NCBI GenBank assembly: GCA_963729045.1
Contig: CAVSMN010000011.1
Span: 1 to 64,000, forward strand
Length of the DNA: 64,000 nt
DNA from: an uncultured Nitrososphaeraceae archaeon
GTDB lineage: Archaea > Thermoproteota > Nitrososphaeria > Nitrososphaerales > Nitrososphaeraceae
Direction: 5' to 3'
Shown: positions 56,014 through 64,000 of the stretch, piece after piece
How positions within the stretch are numbered: position 1 is the stretch's first letter
Layout: each line of letters opens with the position of its first letter
The notes under the pieces: model-generated
The model's input: the letters and a program-made list of their open reading frames with translations, nothing else
Databases searched by the model: none
Told to the model about the DNA's origin: nothing
Made by a program: the position numbers and the translations under genes

Positions 56014-56433
56014 TTAATTGAGTTTGGATTTAATTAGCTCAAATGCTTTTTCGGCTTGGTCTTTCTTGGGTAATTGAACAAAAAAAATATTACTGCTTTT
56101 TGATTCATGTGGTGCAATTCCTAACATTCCAGCAGTTGAAAGAAATCTAAAAAAATCGATACTTTCATTTGCGAATAATAAGAAATCAAATTCAAGATCG
56201 GTATTAAGAAAATTTATATTCAAATTTACAAAGACATGGTGTCCGTCATCATAAATATTTAAGTTAGTATCAATCAAGTTAGGCTTGCCATATGATTTAT
56301 TAATAATATTTTCGAATTGAACATTTTCGATGAGTAAGCAGGGCACTTTAATCCCATTATAGTCAATCACAGAAAAACCTAATTTATGAACATTGGCTAG
56401 GAAATCTTCAAGGGAATTCAAGTTTTTATTCAA
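56014..56433 (-). CDS. Hypothetical protein
   Basis: 139-aa TTG ORF. Confidence 0.7.
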   Translation of the reverse strand: MNKNLNSLEDFLANVHKLGFSVIDYNGIKVPCLLIENVQFENIINKSYGKPNLIDTNLNIYDDGHHVFVNLNINFLNTDLEFDFLLFANESIDFFRFLSTAGMLGIAPHESKSSNIFFVQLPKKDQAEKAFELIKSKLN

Positions 56434-56509
56434 GTCTACACAACAACTTGAAAATTAATAAAATATAAATTAGATCATGGTTACAAGCAAAAGACTAGTA
56501 GGTCGCGGG

Positions 56510-58138
56510 TCAGCAGATTTGGATAGATTTTGCGAGCAGTATCGCCTTTTGTGGATCCTCTGATTTGATTTCGTCACTATCGTATTTCTTGCTAAAATAG
56601 AGCAAATCAGCCAGTTTCCATTTGTCAATGGTTACTAGGGTAGTGCCATTTTTTTTTACGTTTGTAATATTAGTAGTCAATATTACCAATTTATCAACTA
56701 CCGAGTTCTTTTTAGTGCTTTTAACAATCTTGTCAAAGTTCTTGTTCTTATCAGAATCGACTGCGATCGATATACCCACCTTTTTTCCCATTTGATCGTT
56801 ATATATTGCATCTAAATAATCGGTATCGATCTTTTCATCATATTTTTTTACAGTTCCCAATTCATCAAAATAACTTATCAAATTTCTGACAGCCTCTTTT
56901 ACATTCGATTCTACAATATCCTTATCAACTGATATTTTTCTCATTTTAATAAAATCTGAGATCGGTATTCCCATGATACTTCCTCTCAAACGCAACCCGG
57001 GATAGACATTTTTGATCGTTTCTTCTATTGATTGTTCGTCTATATTTGAAGAATTCTTCTTCAAAGACATTTCGAAGGCATGATATAAGACATTTAAGAT
57101 AGATCTTATGTTCCGAAAGTCTGGAAATTCATCATAAATTATTTTTATTTTTGATGAGATATCTTTCCTTTCTGAAGATGAAAGTTCATTGTTAAAATGC
57201 AACACATATTGAAGAACAATGCTATTTATTTCATCGAAAGAATTGGATCCTGCCAAATCAATTTTATAATTTGCTTTTTCTAGACGATCGAAAAGTGATG
57301 GATTGATCTTGGAAATATCAGCATACAAGGAAGGGGTAGTTACTATCATAAACAAGGCATACGGGACGTGAGAATTAATTAATCCCTTCAAATAATCCAA
57401 TGAATTTAAGTTGGTGTCAAACTCATCGATCTGAAAAATAGTAATTTTTTTAAACAATTTATAGTTGATCATGGCCAAGTTGGTTAAGACCATTGTAAGA
57501 TTTTCAAATGTTTTTAAATCGGAATAGTTTAATGTGCCTGTCTTGATAATTTCAGTAATTATATGTGTCTCTATTTTAGTAAAATCATTTGACATTAATT
57601 CAAATAAATGTTCGTAAGATATTCTCATTTTTCTTTCACCCATTTGTTCTATCTTGTCAGAAATTGAATTCCCATTGAGTGAATCAAAAAACCCGTATTT
57701 TACTATCTTCTTTACTAACTTTGGATTCTGTACATAACTATCTTTCAGGTAATCAATTAGCTTTACCTTTATGGAGTCATAGTATTCTTTTCCAAATCCG
57801 CTTACAATAGAATGAAAGAAATTATCGATTTCCCTGGGTTGAACTTGAGTTAGGTCGACGTATGAAATAATTGATTTATCATTGACTTCAGACAAAGTCC
57901 TCATATGCAGCGTTAAATGTGTTTTACCTGATCCCACATCTTGGATTACAGAGATTATCTTGAAAAGATCTTCATTTAGAGGCTCCGTACTATTTAATTT
58001 CAGGTTCAATTCGTTCAAGCAATCCTTAATTGAATTTAACGCTGCAATGTGCCTTTTCCCCCCAAGAATATTGGCACTGGATAATGTGGGTGTTGGACTA
58101 CTAGGAAAAGGATTGACGGTTAGATTGTATGGTGCCAT
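56510..58138 (-). CDS. Uncharacterised AAA+-type P-loop ATPase
   Basis: NPF N-terminus, QDVGSGKT Walker A, IFQIDEFD Walker B, LFDRL, NIRSIL; ATG overlaps the upstream TGA. Confidence 0.85.
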   Translation of the reverse strand: MAPYNLTVNPFPSSPTPTLSSANILGGKRHIAALNSIKDCLNELNLKLNSTEPLNEDLFKIISVIQDVGSGKTHLTLHMRTLSEVNDKSIISYVDLTQVQPREIDNFFHSIVSGFGKEYYDSIKVKLIDYLKDSYVQNPKLVKKIVKYGFFDSLNGNSISDKIEQMGERKMRISYEHLFELMSNDFTKIETHIITEIIKTGTLNYSDLKTFENLTMVLTNLAMINYKLFKKITIFQIDEFDTNLNSLDYLKGLINSHVPYALFMIVTTPSLYADISKINPSLFDRLEKANYKIDLAGSNSFDEINSIVLQYVLHFNNELSSSERKDISSKIKIIYDEFPDFRNIRSILNVLYHAFEMSLKKNSSNIDEQSIEETIKNVYPGLRLRGSIMGIPISDFIKMRKISVDKDIVESNVKEAVRNLISYFDELGTVKKYDEKIDTDYLDAIYNDQMGKKVGISIAVDSDKNKNFDKIVKSTKKNSVVDKLVILTTNITNVKKNGTTLVTIDKWKLADLLYFSKKYDSDEIKSEDPQKAILLAKSIQIC

Positions 58139-58794
58139 CAAATACACCTCACAAATCCATGGACTATTCCTCTTAACACGACTCCTTCATAACCTCCAGA
58201 CGATAATTCATATTTTTCTGGATACAATTCAATGAGTTCACTTACAAGGCTGTAAAATTCATTATTGGAAAGATCGCAGGATTCACACAACTCGTCTTTA
58301 ACCGAAGAGAGTTCTACCCAACCAATTGAAGTCGAACGATTTCCTATTACTCTGTCAAAGTGTTCTTTAAATGTATCAATAGATATTTGATTATTATCAT
58401 AATCAATGTTAGTGGGATCAACTTTTATATTATTTATTTTATCTTCGATTCTGTTAAAGGAATTCTTAACTTCTACTAATTCGCCATCAATTTTTTCTAC
58501 ATATTTAAATATGCTATCAGAGTAGTTGTTTAGTTTCTTTTGAATACCTAAAATAGAATCGTATAGATATTTGAATTTTATATCTGATGAGAGTAAATGA
58601 TCTAGATAATATTCCTTTCCCCAGCAATAAACATATGTTCCTTTTTTAGATATGCATATTTTATCCTGTGCCGTTAGTTCATTCAAGGTATCCTCAAAAT
58701 TATCCTCAGGATATTTTTTCTTTAATTCAGATTTCTTTACTCCTGCAGATCCAAAGGAATTAATATCATTATAGATCATATCTAAATCGGACAT
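58138..58794 (-). CDS. Predicted wHTH-coiled coil-wHTH protein
   Basis: GVKKSELKK..LNEL...KI...KKG...YCW; central heptads; WVELSSVKDELC..LS..EF. Confidence 0.75.
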   Translation of the reverse strand: MSDLDMIYNDINSFGSAGVKKSELKKKYPEDNFEDTLNELTAQDKICISKKGTYVYCWGKEYYLDHLLSSDIKFKYLYDSILGIQKKLNNYSDSIFKYVEKIDGELVEVKNSFNRIEDKINNIKVDPTNIDYDNNQISIDTFKEHFDRVIGNRSTSIGWVELSSVKDELCESCDLSNNEFYSLVSELIELYPEKYELSSGGYEGVVLRGIVHGFVRCI

Positions 58795-59046
58795 ACTAGC
58801 AAAATAAAAAAACAAGATAAAAAAAAGATAGTCAATAAAAAATAATTATGCTGTAAAAAAAAATAAACAAATATAAGAATTAATACATCTGAGTGAGATC
58901 CATGGGAATGATGATACATTTGTCTGATAAAATAATGATGATAGCACTAGGGTATCTGACCTAAATTACAAATATCTGGACCGTTTGATACCGGATTTAT
59001 TATATACATTAATAAATATTCTTTTGACAATAGTTCTACAGTTAAG

Positions 59047-59361
59047 TTGTTCAATAATGATAAAAGATATGAAGATACCGTCGGTATAGATGAAATAACT
59101 AAAAGAACTAATAGATTGCTCGATGAATTTAAGGAGAATTATATAAAGAACAATAAAAATGATTTTATCAATGATGCAATAACAAATATGGTTGTTTGTT
59201 GTAAAACATACGAAAAAATTTTCGCAGGCTTCATAATTGTATCTCAAAGAAATAACATGCCACAAGAATTAATTGAAGGATTTGTAAAATGGTCTACCGG
59301 TCAACTAGAAGACCTCAAGGAAAAAATTCAAGAAATAGATAAAAAAAGAGATATGCGATGA
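59047..59361 (+). CDS. Hypothetical helical protein
   Basis: 104-aa TTG ORF. Confidence 0.6.
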   Translation: MFNNDKRYEDTVGIDEITKRTNRLLDEFKENYIKNNKNDFINDAITNMVVCCKTYEKIFAGFIIVSQRNNMPQELIEGFVKWSTGQLEDLKEKIQEIDKKRDMR

Positions 59362-59436
59362 TTATGGCGTTTATTTAAATTATTTGTGCATCGAAGGAGT
59401 TAAATTCAGGATTAGAGTGTTTAATATTGAAAACTT

Positions 59437-60351
59437 GTGTCATTGAGTGGTCGAGTAGAATCTTCTGCGATTAAAGATTATATCGAGGTTTCAAAGCCGC
59501 GAATTGTAATTGTACTTGTCATTACAGCGGTTACCTCTATGCTTGCAGCGACTAGATTTGACGGTACACCAAACTCGGCATGGGATATTTCTGGATGGAA
59601 ATTATTGTTTCTAATAATTAGTGGATCCCTTTCCTCAATGGGAGCAAGCGCAATTAATCAATTTTATGATAAGAATATTGACAATTTGATGGGAAGAACA
59701 GCCAAGAGACCGATTCCATCAGGTAGATTGAAGGCAAATAATGTTTTGATATATGGCCTGGCTTTGTGTGTTATATCGGTTATCCTCGCATGGTTCACAT
59801 TAAATCCGATGGCAACTTTTATGATAGGGTTGGGAATTTTTTTCTACGTAGTTATTTACACGTTACTTCTTAAGAGAAGGAATGTTTGGAATATCGTAAT
59901 TGGAGGATTCGCAGGAAGTGCAGCTGCTATGGCAGGTTGGGCAACAACCACAAATAGTATAGATGTTTTAGGATTTTTGGTAGGATGGATTGTCTTTATG
60001 TGGACACCACCTCATTTCTGGTGCTTGGCCATCAAACAAAGGGAAGAATATTCAAAAGCTAAAGTACCCATGCTACCGGTTATTTATGGTAATCAAGTAA
60101 CGGCTAAATATATTTTCATAAATTCTTTGATATTAATTCCCTATTCACTTTCATTGTATTTTTTTGGATTAGGAGTTTTATATTTAGGTGTAGCAGCGGT
60201 GTCTGGATCACTAATGACTTTCTACCATTACAAACTTTTAAAGAATCCAACTCCAGAACTAGCATGGAAAGCATACAAGGTAACAGCACCCTATCTAGTA
60301 ATAATTTTTGTAGCAATTGCCCTTGATTCGTTATGGTACTTTAGATTTTAG
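59437..60351 (+). CDS. ctaB: Protoheme IX farnesyltransferase
   Basis: KPRI, NQFYD..ID..M.RT..RPIPSG, YT..LKR, WTPPHFW. Confidence 0.96.
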   Translation: MSLSGRVESSAIKDYIEVSKPRIVIVLVITAVTSMLAATRFDGTPNSAWDISGWKLLFLIISGSLSSMGASAINQFYDKNIDNLMGRTAKRPIPSGRLKANNVLIYGLALCVISVILAWFTLNPMATFMIGLGIFFYVVIYTLLLKRRNVWNIVIGGFAGSAAAMAGWATTTNSIDVLGFLVGWIVFMWTPPHFWCLAIKQREEYSKAKVPMLPVIYGNQVTAKYIFINSLILIPYSLSLYFFGLGVLYLGVAAVSGSLMTFYHYKLLKNPTPELAWKAYKVTAPYLVIIFVAIALDSLWYFRF

Positions 60352-60389
60352 TAAGATTTGGATGCTAAGAGGGGAGCTCAACTAATTTT

Positions 60390-60623
60390 TTATTTTGTTA
60401 ATTCAATTCTTTTCTTATCTTTTGTCAACCAACTGACCCTAATGAGACCGTAAATCTCCAGGTCCAATAATACTTTGTTAAATTCGTCTTCTAATATACT
60501 AACACCATCTTTAGACATAGAATTAAGTAAATCCTGATCGGTAGTGGTACCTAGCTGTTTAATCTTTTCAAATATAATATTTCTTATAGGATAATTCACA
60601 TTATCAATTCTAACATGGAGCAT
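60390..60623 (-). CDS. Small winged-helix protein
   Basis: FNKVLLDLEIYGLIRVSW. Confidence 0.75.
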   Translation of the reverse strand: MLHVRIDNVNYPIRNIIFEKIKQLGTTTDQDLLNSMSKDGVSILEDEFNKVLLDLEIYGLIRVSWLTKDKKRIELTK

Positions 60624-60663
60624 ATTATAGGTTTAGAAATAAAAAATATTTTTTATTATCTAA

Positions 60664-62868
60664 TTAACCATAAAAGATCTTGTCTTGAAATTTTGGAATC
60701 GCGGTTGTCAATTTTTTTTCTATTGATGAATACCAGTTATGTATATCATTTGTAATTGATGGTTTGACGGTGTTAAGTGCCTCCTCGAAATCGACATTAA
60801 AGATCATGTCCGAATTCTTGTGAATTGCATTAATTGCTGCAAATCTACAAAGGGCCACTAAATCTGCTCCACTAAATCCTTTGGTTAGCGACGATATCTT
60901 GTTCAAATCTACATCAGAAGATATAGGCATGGCAGAGGTAATTTTTAATAAAATATCGTTCCGAGAAATCTCATCCGGCGGATTGACAAATATTATGAGA
61001 TCAAACCTTCCTGGTCTCAGTAACGAAGTATCCAGGAGATCGGGTCTGCTAGTTATCCCGATTACTATAACCCCAAAATTACCAGAATCATCCATTTCAG
61101 ACAAGATTTGTGATAAAACTCTTTCATTTCCAGAAACATCATCAGAGGTACGTGGTCGACCGAGAGAATCCAATTCATCGAAAACAACTATGCAAGGGGA
61201 AGAGGATCGAGCTTTCCTAAATATTTCTCTTATGGCCTTTTCCGATTCTCCTACCCATTTTGATAACACTTCTGGCCCCCGAACAAAAATGATATTCATG
61301 GAACCTTCATTTGCAAAGGATTTAGCTAGTAGGGTCTTACCACATCCAGATGGACCAAATATTAATGCCCCTTTAGCTGGCTTTATTCCCATTTTCAAAA
61401 ATTTTTCAGGAGATATGATAGGAGACAACAGGTTTTCCCTAAGCAGGCTTTTTTCCTTAACTAGACCCCCGACTTCATCCCAGGTTATATTTGTTGGTTC
61501 AACATAAAATTCCCTTAGCGCTGTTGGTATAATTTCCTTCATAGCGTTAATAAAATCCTGTTGATTAATTCTTATACTATTCAAAATTTCAGTAGGCACT
61601 TGATTTTGGTTCTCTAAATCAAAATCAGTTAGAGTTCTTCTTATAGATTTCATTGCAGCTTCTCTGGAGAGAGCCTTGATGTCCGCACCAGTATATCCAT
61701 TCAATAATTTTGCCAAATCTCTTAATTGAATGTCTGAATCAAGCGGCATTTCATGGGTATGGATTTTTAATATTTCAAATCTTCCATCCACATTGTGAAT
61801 TCCTATTTCTATTTCACGATCAAATCGGCCAGGTCTTCTCAAAGCTGGGTCCAGACTATCTGGTCTGTTTGTAGCACCCAATACAACTACATTTCCTCGA
61901 TCAGACATTCCATCCATTAAAGCTAATAATTGTGCTACTACCCTTTTTTCTACATCACCAAACGTATCTTCTCTTTTAGGTGCGATGGCATCAATTTCAT
62001 CAATGAATATAATACTAGGAGCTGATTCTTTGGCTTTTTGAAAAATCTCTCTTAGTTTGCTTTCTGTTTCACCATAATACTTGTTCACAATTTCAGGACC
62101 ATTAATGATATAAAAATTTGCTTTTGACTCAGCTGCCAATGCTTTGGCAATGAGGGTCTTTCCGCATCCCGGAGGACCAAAAAGGAGAATACCCTTATGT
62201 GGTTCTATCCCTATTTTTGAAAATACTTCAGGATGTCTGAGTGGAAGCTCTACTATTTCCCTCAAACGGGTGATTTGATTTTTCAAGCCACCAATTTGCT
62301 CATATGTAACGTGGTAACTGTCATGATAGAGTTTTTCTAAACCCGTTCTGATCACTATTTTGGTAAACTTGGTAATTTTTACCACCTCTCTAGGGAGAGT
62401 GCTATAGACTTTAAACTCCAACGAGGTCCCCAAAAAATTTAGGGTGAATTGTTCGCCTTTGGTCACAGGATATCCTTCAAATCGGTTATTTAGATACAAA
62501 TTAAATTCATCTGAAAAATTCTTTGAAGTATTGCACGACAATACTACTCTTTCAGCAGGTTTAGGTTCAGTCTTTTTGACCAACACGTAGTCATTAAGGC
62601 TAATACCTGCATTTTGTCGAGTCTGACCATCAATATGAATACAACTGTTTTTTTTAGCCTTATCCTCAAAACCAAAAACAGAAACGGTTGTTATTTTCTT
62701 CCCAGCAATCTCTATTATATCACCGTCAGAAACCCCTAATTTCTCCATTGAAATGCGGTCGAGAATCGCTTTTTTCTTTCCTACATCCTTGATTCGACAC
62801 TCGGCAACTTTCATCTTAATAGTTGTTGCTTTGTGGGAACCAGTGAGAGATTTATCTTTTCTTTTCAA
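60664..62868 (-). CDS. cdc48: Cdc48/VCP-family AAA ATPase
   Basis: N domain plus two AAA modules ([22 protein letters not shown] twice). Confidence 0.95.
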   Translation of the reverse strand: MKRKDKSLTGSHKATTIKMKVAECRIKDVGKKKAILDRISMEKLGVSDGDIIEIAGKKITTVSVFGFEDKAKKNSCIHIDGQTRQNAGISLNDYVLVKKTEPKPAERVVLSCNTSKNFSDEFNLYLNNRFEGYPVTKGEQFTLNFLGTSLEFKVYSTLPREVVKITKFTKIVIRTGLEKLYHDSYHVTYEQIGGLKNQITRLREIVELPLRHPEVFSKIGIEPHKGILLFGPPGCGKTLIAKALAAESKANFYIINGPEIVNKYYGETESKLREIFQKAKESAPSIIFIDEIDAIAPKREDTFGDVEKRVVAQLLALMDGMSDRGNVVVLGATNRPDSLDPALRRPGRFDREIEIGIHNVDGRFEILKIHTHEMPLDSDIQLRDLAKLLNGYTGADIKALSREAAMKSIRRTLTDFDLENQNQVPTEILNSIRINQQDFINAMKEIIPTALREFYVEPTNITWDEVGGLVKEKSLLRENLLSPIISPEKFLKMGIKPAKGALIFGPSGCGKTLLAKSFANEGSMNIIFVRGPEVLSKWVGESEKAIREIFRKARSSSPCIVVFDELDSLGRPRTSDDVSGNERVLSQILSEMDDSGNFGVIVIGITSRPDLLDTSLLRPGRFDLIIFVNPPDEISRNDILLKITSAMPISSDVDLNKISSLTKGFSGADLVALCRFAAINAIHKNSDMIFNVDFEEALNTVKPSITNDIHNWYSSIEKKLTTAIPKFQDKIFYG

Positions 62869-62895
62869 ATGAATCCAGATGCTAATTATTAGATA

Positions 62896-63177
62896 TTATT
62901 TCATCTTTACAGATTGTCTGCTGATATTCATGACTTGGATTTCTCCAGCCCCGTCTATTTTTTTTATGGATTCTTCGAGTTTTTCCATTTCTCCTTCAGC
63001 ATCATCTAATAAGAAATCACCCACTAGAGCATTTAAGCCAAATGCTATTGGCTCTTTGGCATGTGCCTTCAATTCCATGCCCTCAGGAACTTTTGATTTC
63101 AGAACATTAGCCAATGAATCCATATCAGTTTCTGAATCTGCTGGTAGAATTTTGATCCGTGCTACAAGTCTAGCCAT
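62896..63177 (-). CDS. ef1b: Elongation factor 1-beta
   Basis: MARLVARIKILP, EPIAFGLNAL. Confidence 0.95.
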   Translation of the reverse strand: MARLVARIKILPADSETDMDSLANVLKSKVPEGMELKAHAKEPIAFGLNALVGDFLLDDAEGEMEKLEESIKKIDGAGEIQVMNISRQSVKMK

Positions 63178-63182
63178 TTTAA

Positions 63183-63362
63183 TTATGGTCCCTCGAATCC
63201 ACACCCTACACATTTATAGGGTCTGGCAAATTCTCTACAGCTCTGACATCTCCAGATAATAACATACCCGCAATTTGGACAATAAAATCTTACACATGCA
63301 TCGTTAGGCATGATAGGTCTGTTACAAGAGGTACAAACAGGTAATTGTAACTGCTTTGACAT
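63183..63362 (-). CDS. Double zinc-ribbon protein (DUF1610-like)
   Basis: Manual translation MSKQLQLPVCTSCNRPIMPNDACVRFYCPNCGYVIIWRCQSCREFARPYKCVGCGFEGP; usual neighbour of EF-1beta. Confidence 0.92.
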   Translation of the reverse strand: MSKQLQLPVCTSCNRPIMPNDACVRFYCPNCGYVIIWRCQSCREFARPYKCVGCGFEGP

Positions 63363-63388
63363 GTTATCTAAAGGTCTGCAAACCGCAT

Positions 63389-64000
63389 TTATATCTTGCT
63401 TAGATCCTGGACTATTTTGCGATATTCATTACCCATGAGAGTACGCATCAAGTTTATAGTCATACGAGTATTCATGAAGCGTTTGAGAGCAAATGAATGA
63501 AAATCAAAATCCCCTGTAGAAGAGATCTTTTCCAGGGTGTTTTTTGATATATCAGAAAATATTTTGTCCAACGCTCTATTATCTAGCCGTTCAAGTATTC
63601 GCCTAAATAAGAGTAACTTATCAAACTCACTTCCAAATCGGGTCAACCAATCATTCTCATACTGGTCTAAAAACGAAGAATCACCACCATCCAATATAGA
63701 TTTGGATATGGCACGGCCAGCATAAATTCCCCCCATTCCCCCCGTATAAATTCCTCCTGCAGTCGTAGGTTTGGTCTGCCCTGCAGCATCCCCTACAATA
63801 ACGGTTTTACCGTTATAAAACGGCTTGACATATCCACTAATCCAAATGGGAGCATATATCTTTCTGACGATCGAATATGGTTTGCCTCGGATTTCCAGGA
63901 ATCGTTCTATGGATAAATTTGGATTTATGTTCTTACCTGCTACACCTACTTTGCCCTTTCCTTCACCAGTTGGGATAATCCAGGCAAAAAAGCCTGGATA
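63389..64000 (-). CDS. Geranylgeranyl reductase-family flavoprotein, C-terminal part
   Basis: Open to window end: PGFFAWIIP, VGDAAGQTKPTTAGGI. Confidence 0.9.
   Translation of the reverse strand, partial: YPGFFAWIIPTGEGKGKVGVAGKNINPNLSIERFLEIRGKPYSIVRKIYAPIWISGYVKPFYNGKTVIVGDAAGQTKPTTAGGIYTGGMGGIYAGRAISKSILDGGDSSFLDQYENDWLTRFGSEFDKLLLFRRILERLDNRALDKIFSDISKNTLEKISSTGDFDFHSFALKRFMNTRMTINLMRTLMGNEYRKIVQDLSKI

Noticed and set aside
60881..61507. 208-aa ORF antisense to cdc48 and similar antisense ORFs in carB, thi4, tuf and cdvC
   Set aside because: Codon-register shadows of conserved genes with no independent motifs.

Overview
AT-rich archaeal chromosome segment. Gene content points to Nitrososphaerota (ammonia-oxidising archaea, probably Nitrosocosmicus-like; inferred): EF-1alpha/S10, EF-1beta, Rpo12, CdvC/Vps4, Cdc48, Nob1, Cys-type Thi4, many TTG starts and apparently leaderless genes. 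Layout: (i) 1-~11.7 kb accessory region with a virus tailspike-like gene, a duplicated PolB2-operon-type gene, a complete IS6 and small secreted proteins; (ii) ~11.9-49.3 kb mostly housekeeping genes (carAB, purD, folD, thi4, tuf, ileS, ppa, ahcY, tRNA-Gly, tRNA-Ile); (iii) 49.3-55 kb decayed island after tRNA-Ile with a broken two-component system; (iv) 55-64 kb core genes plus an uncharacterised wHTH/AAA+ ATPase pair. Many genes, including essential ileS, carry single-base frameshifts, most likely consensus errors. The main finding is different in kind: carB contains a 27-nt stop-containing insertion (21816-21842, minus strand) that folds into a bulge-helix-bulge-type motif. Canonical endonuclease cut positions restore the conserved GEFDYSG motif exactly, so this is a candidate tRNA-type intron in a protein-coding mRNA other than cbf5. 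All calls come from reading the sequence; no database searches were run.
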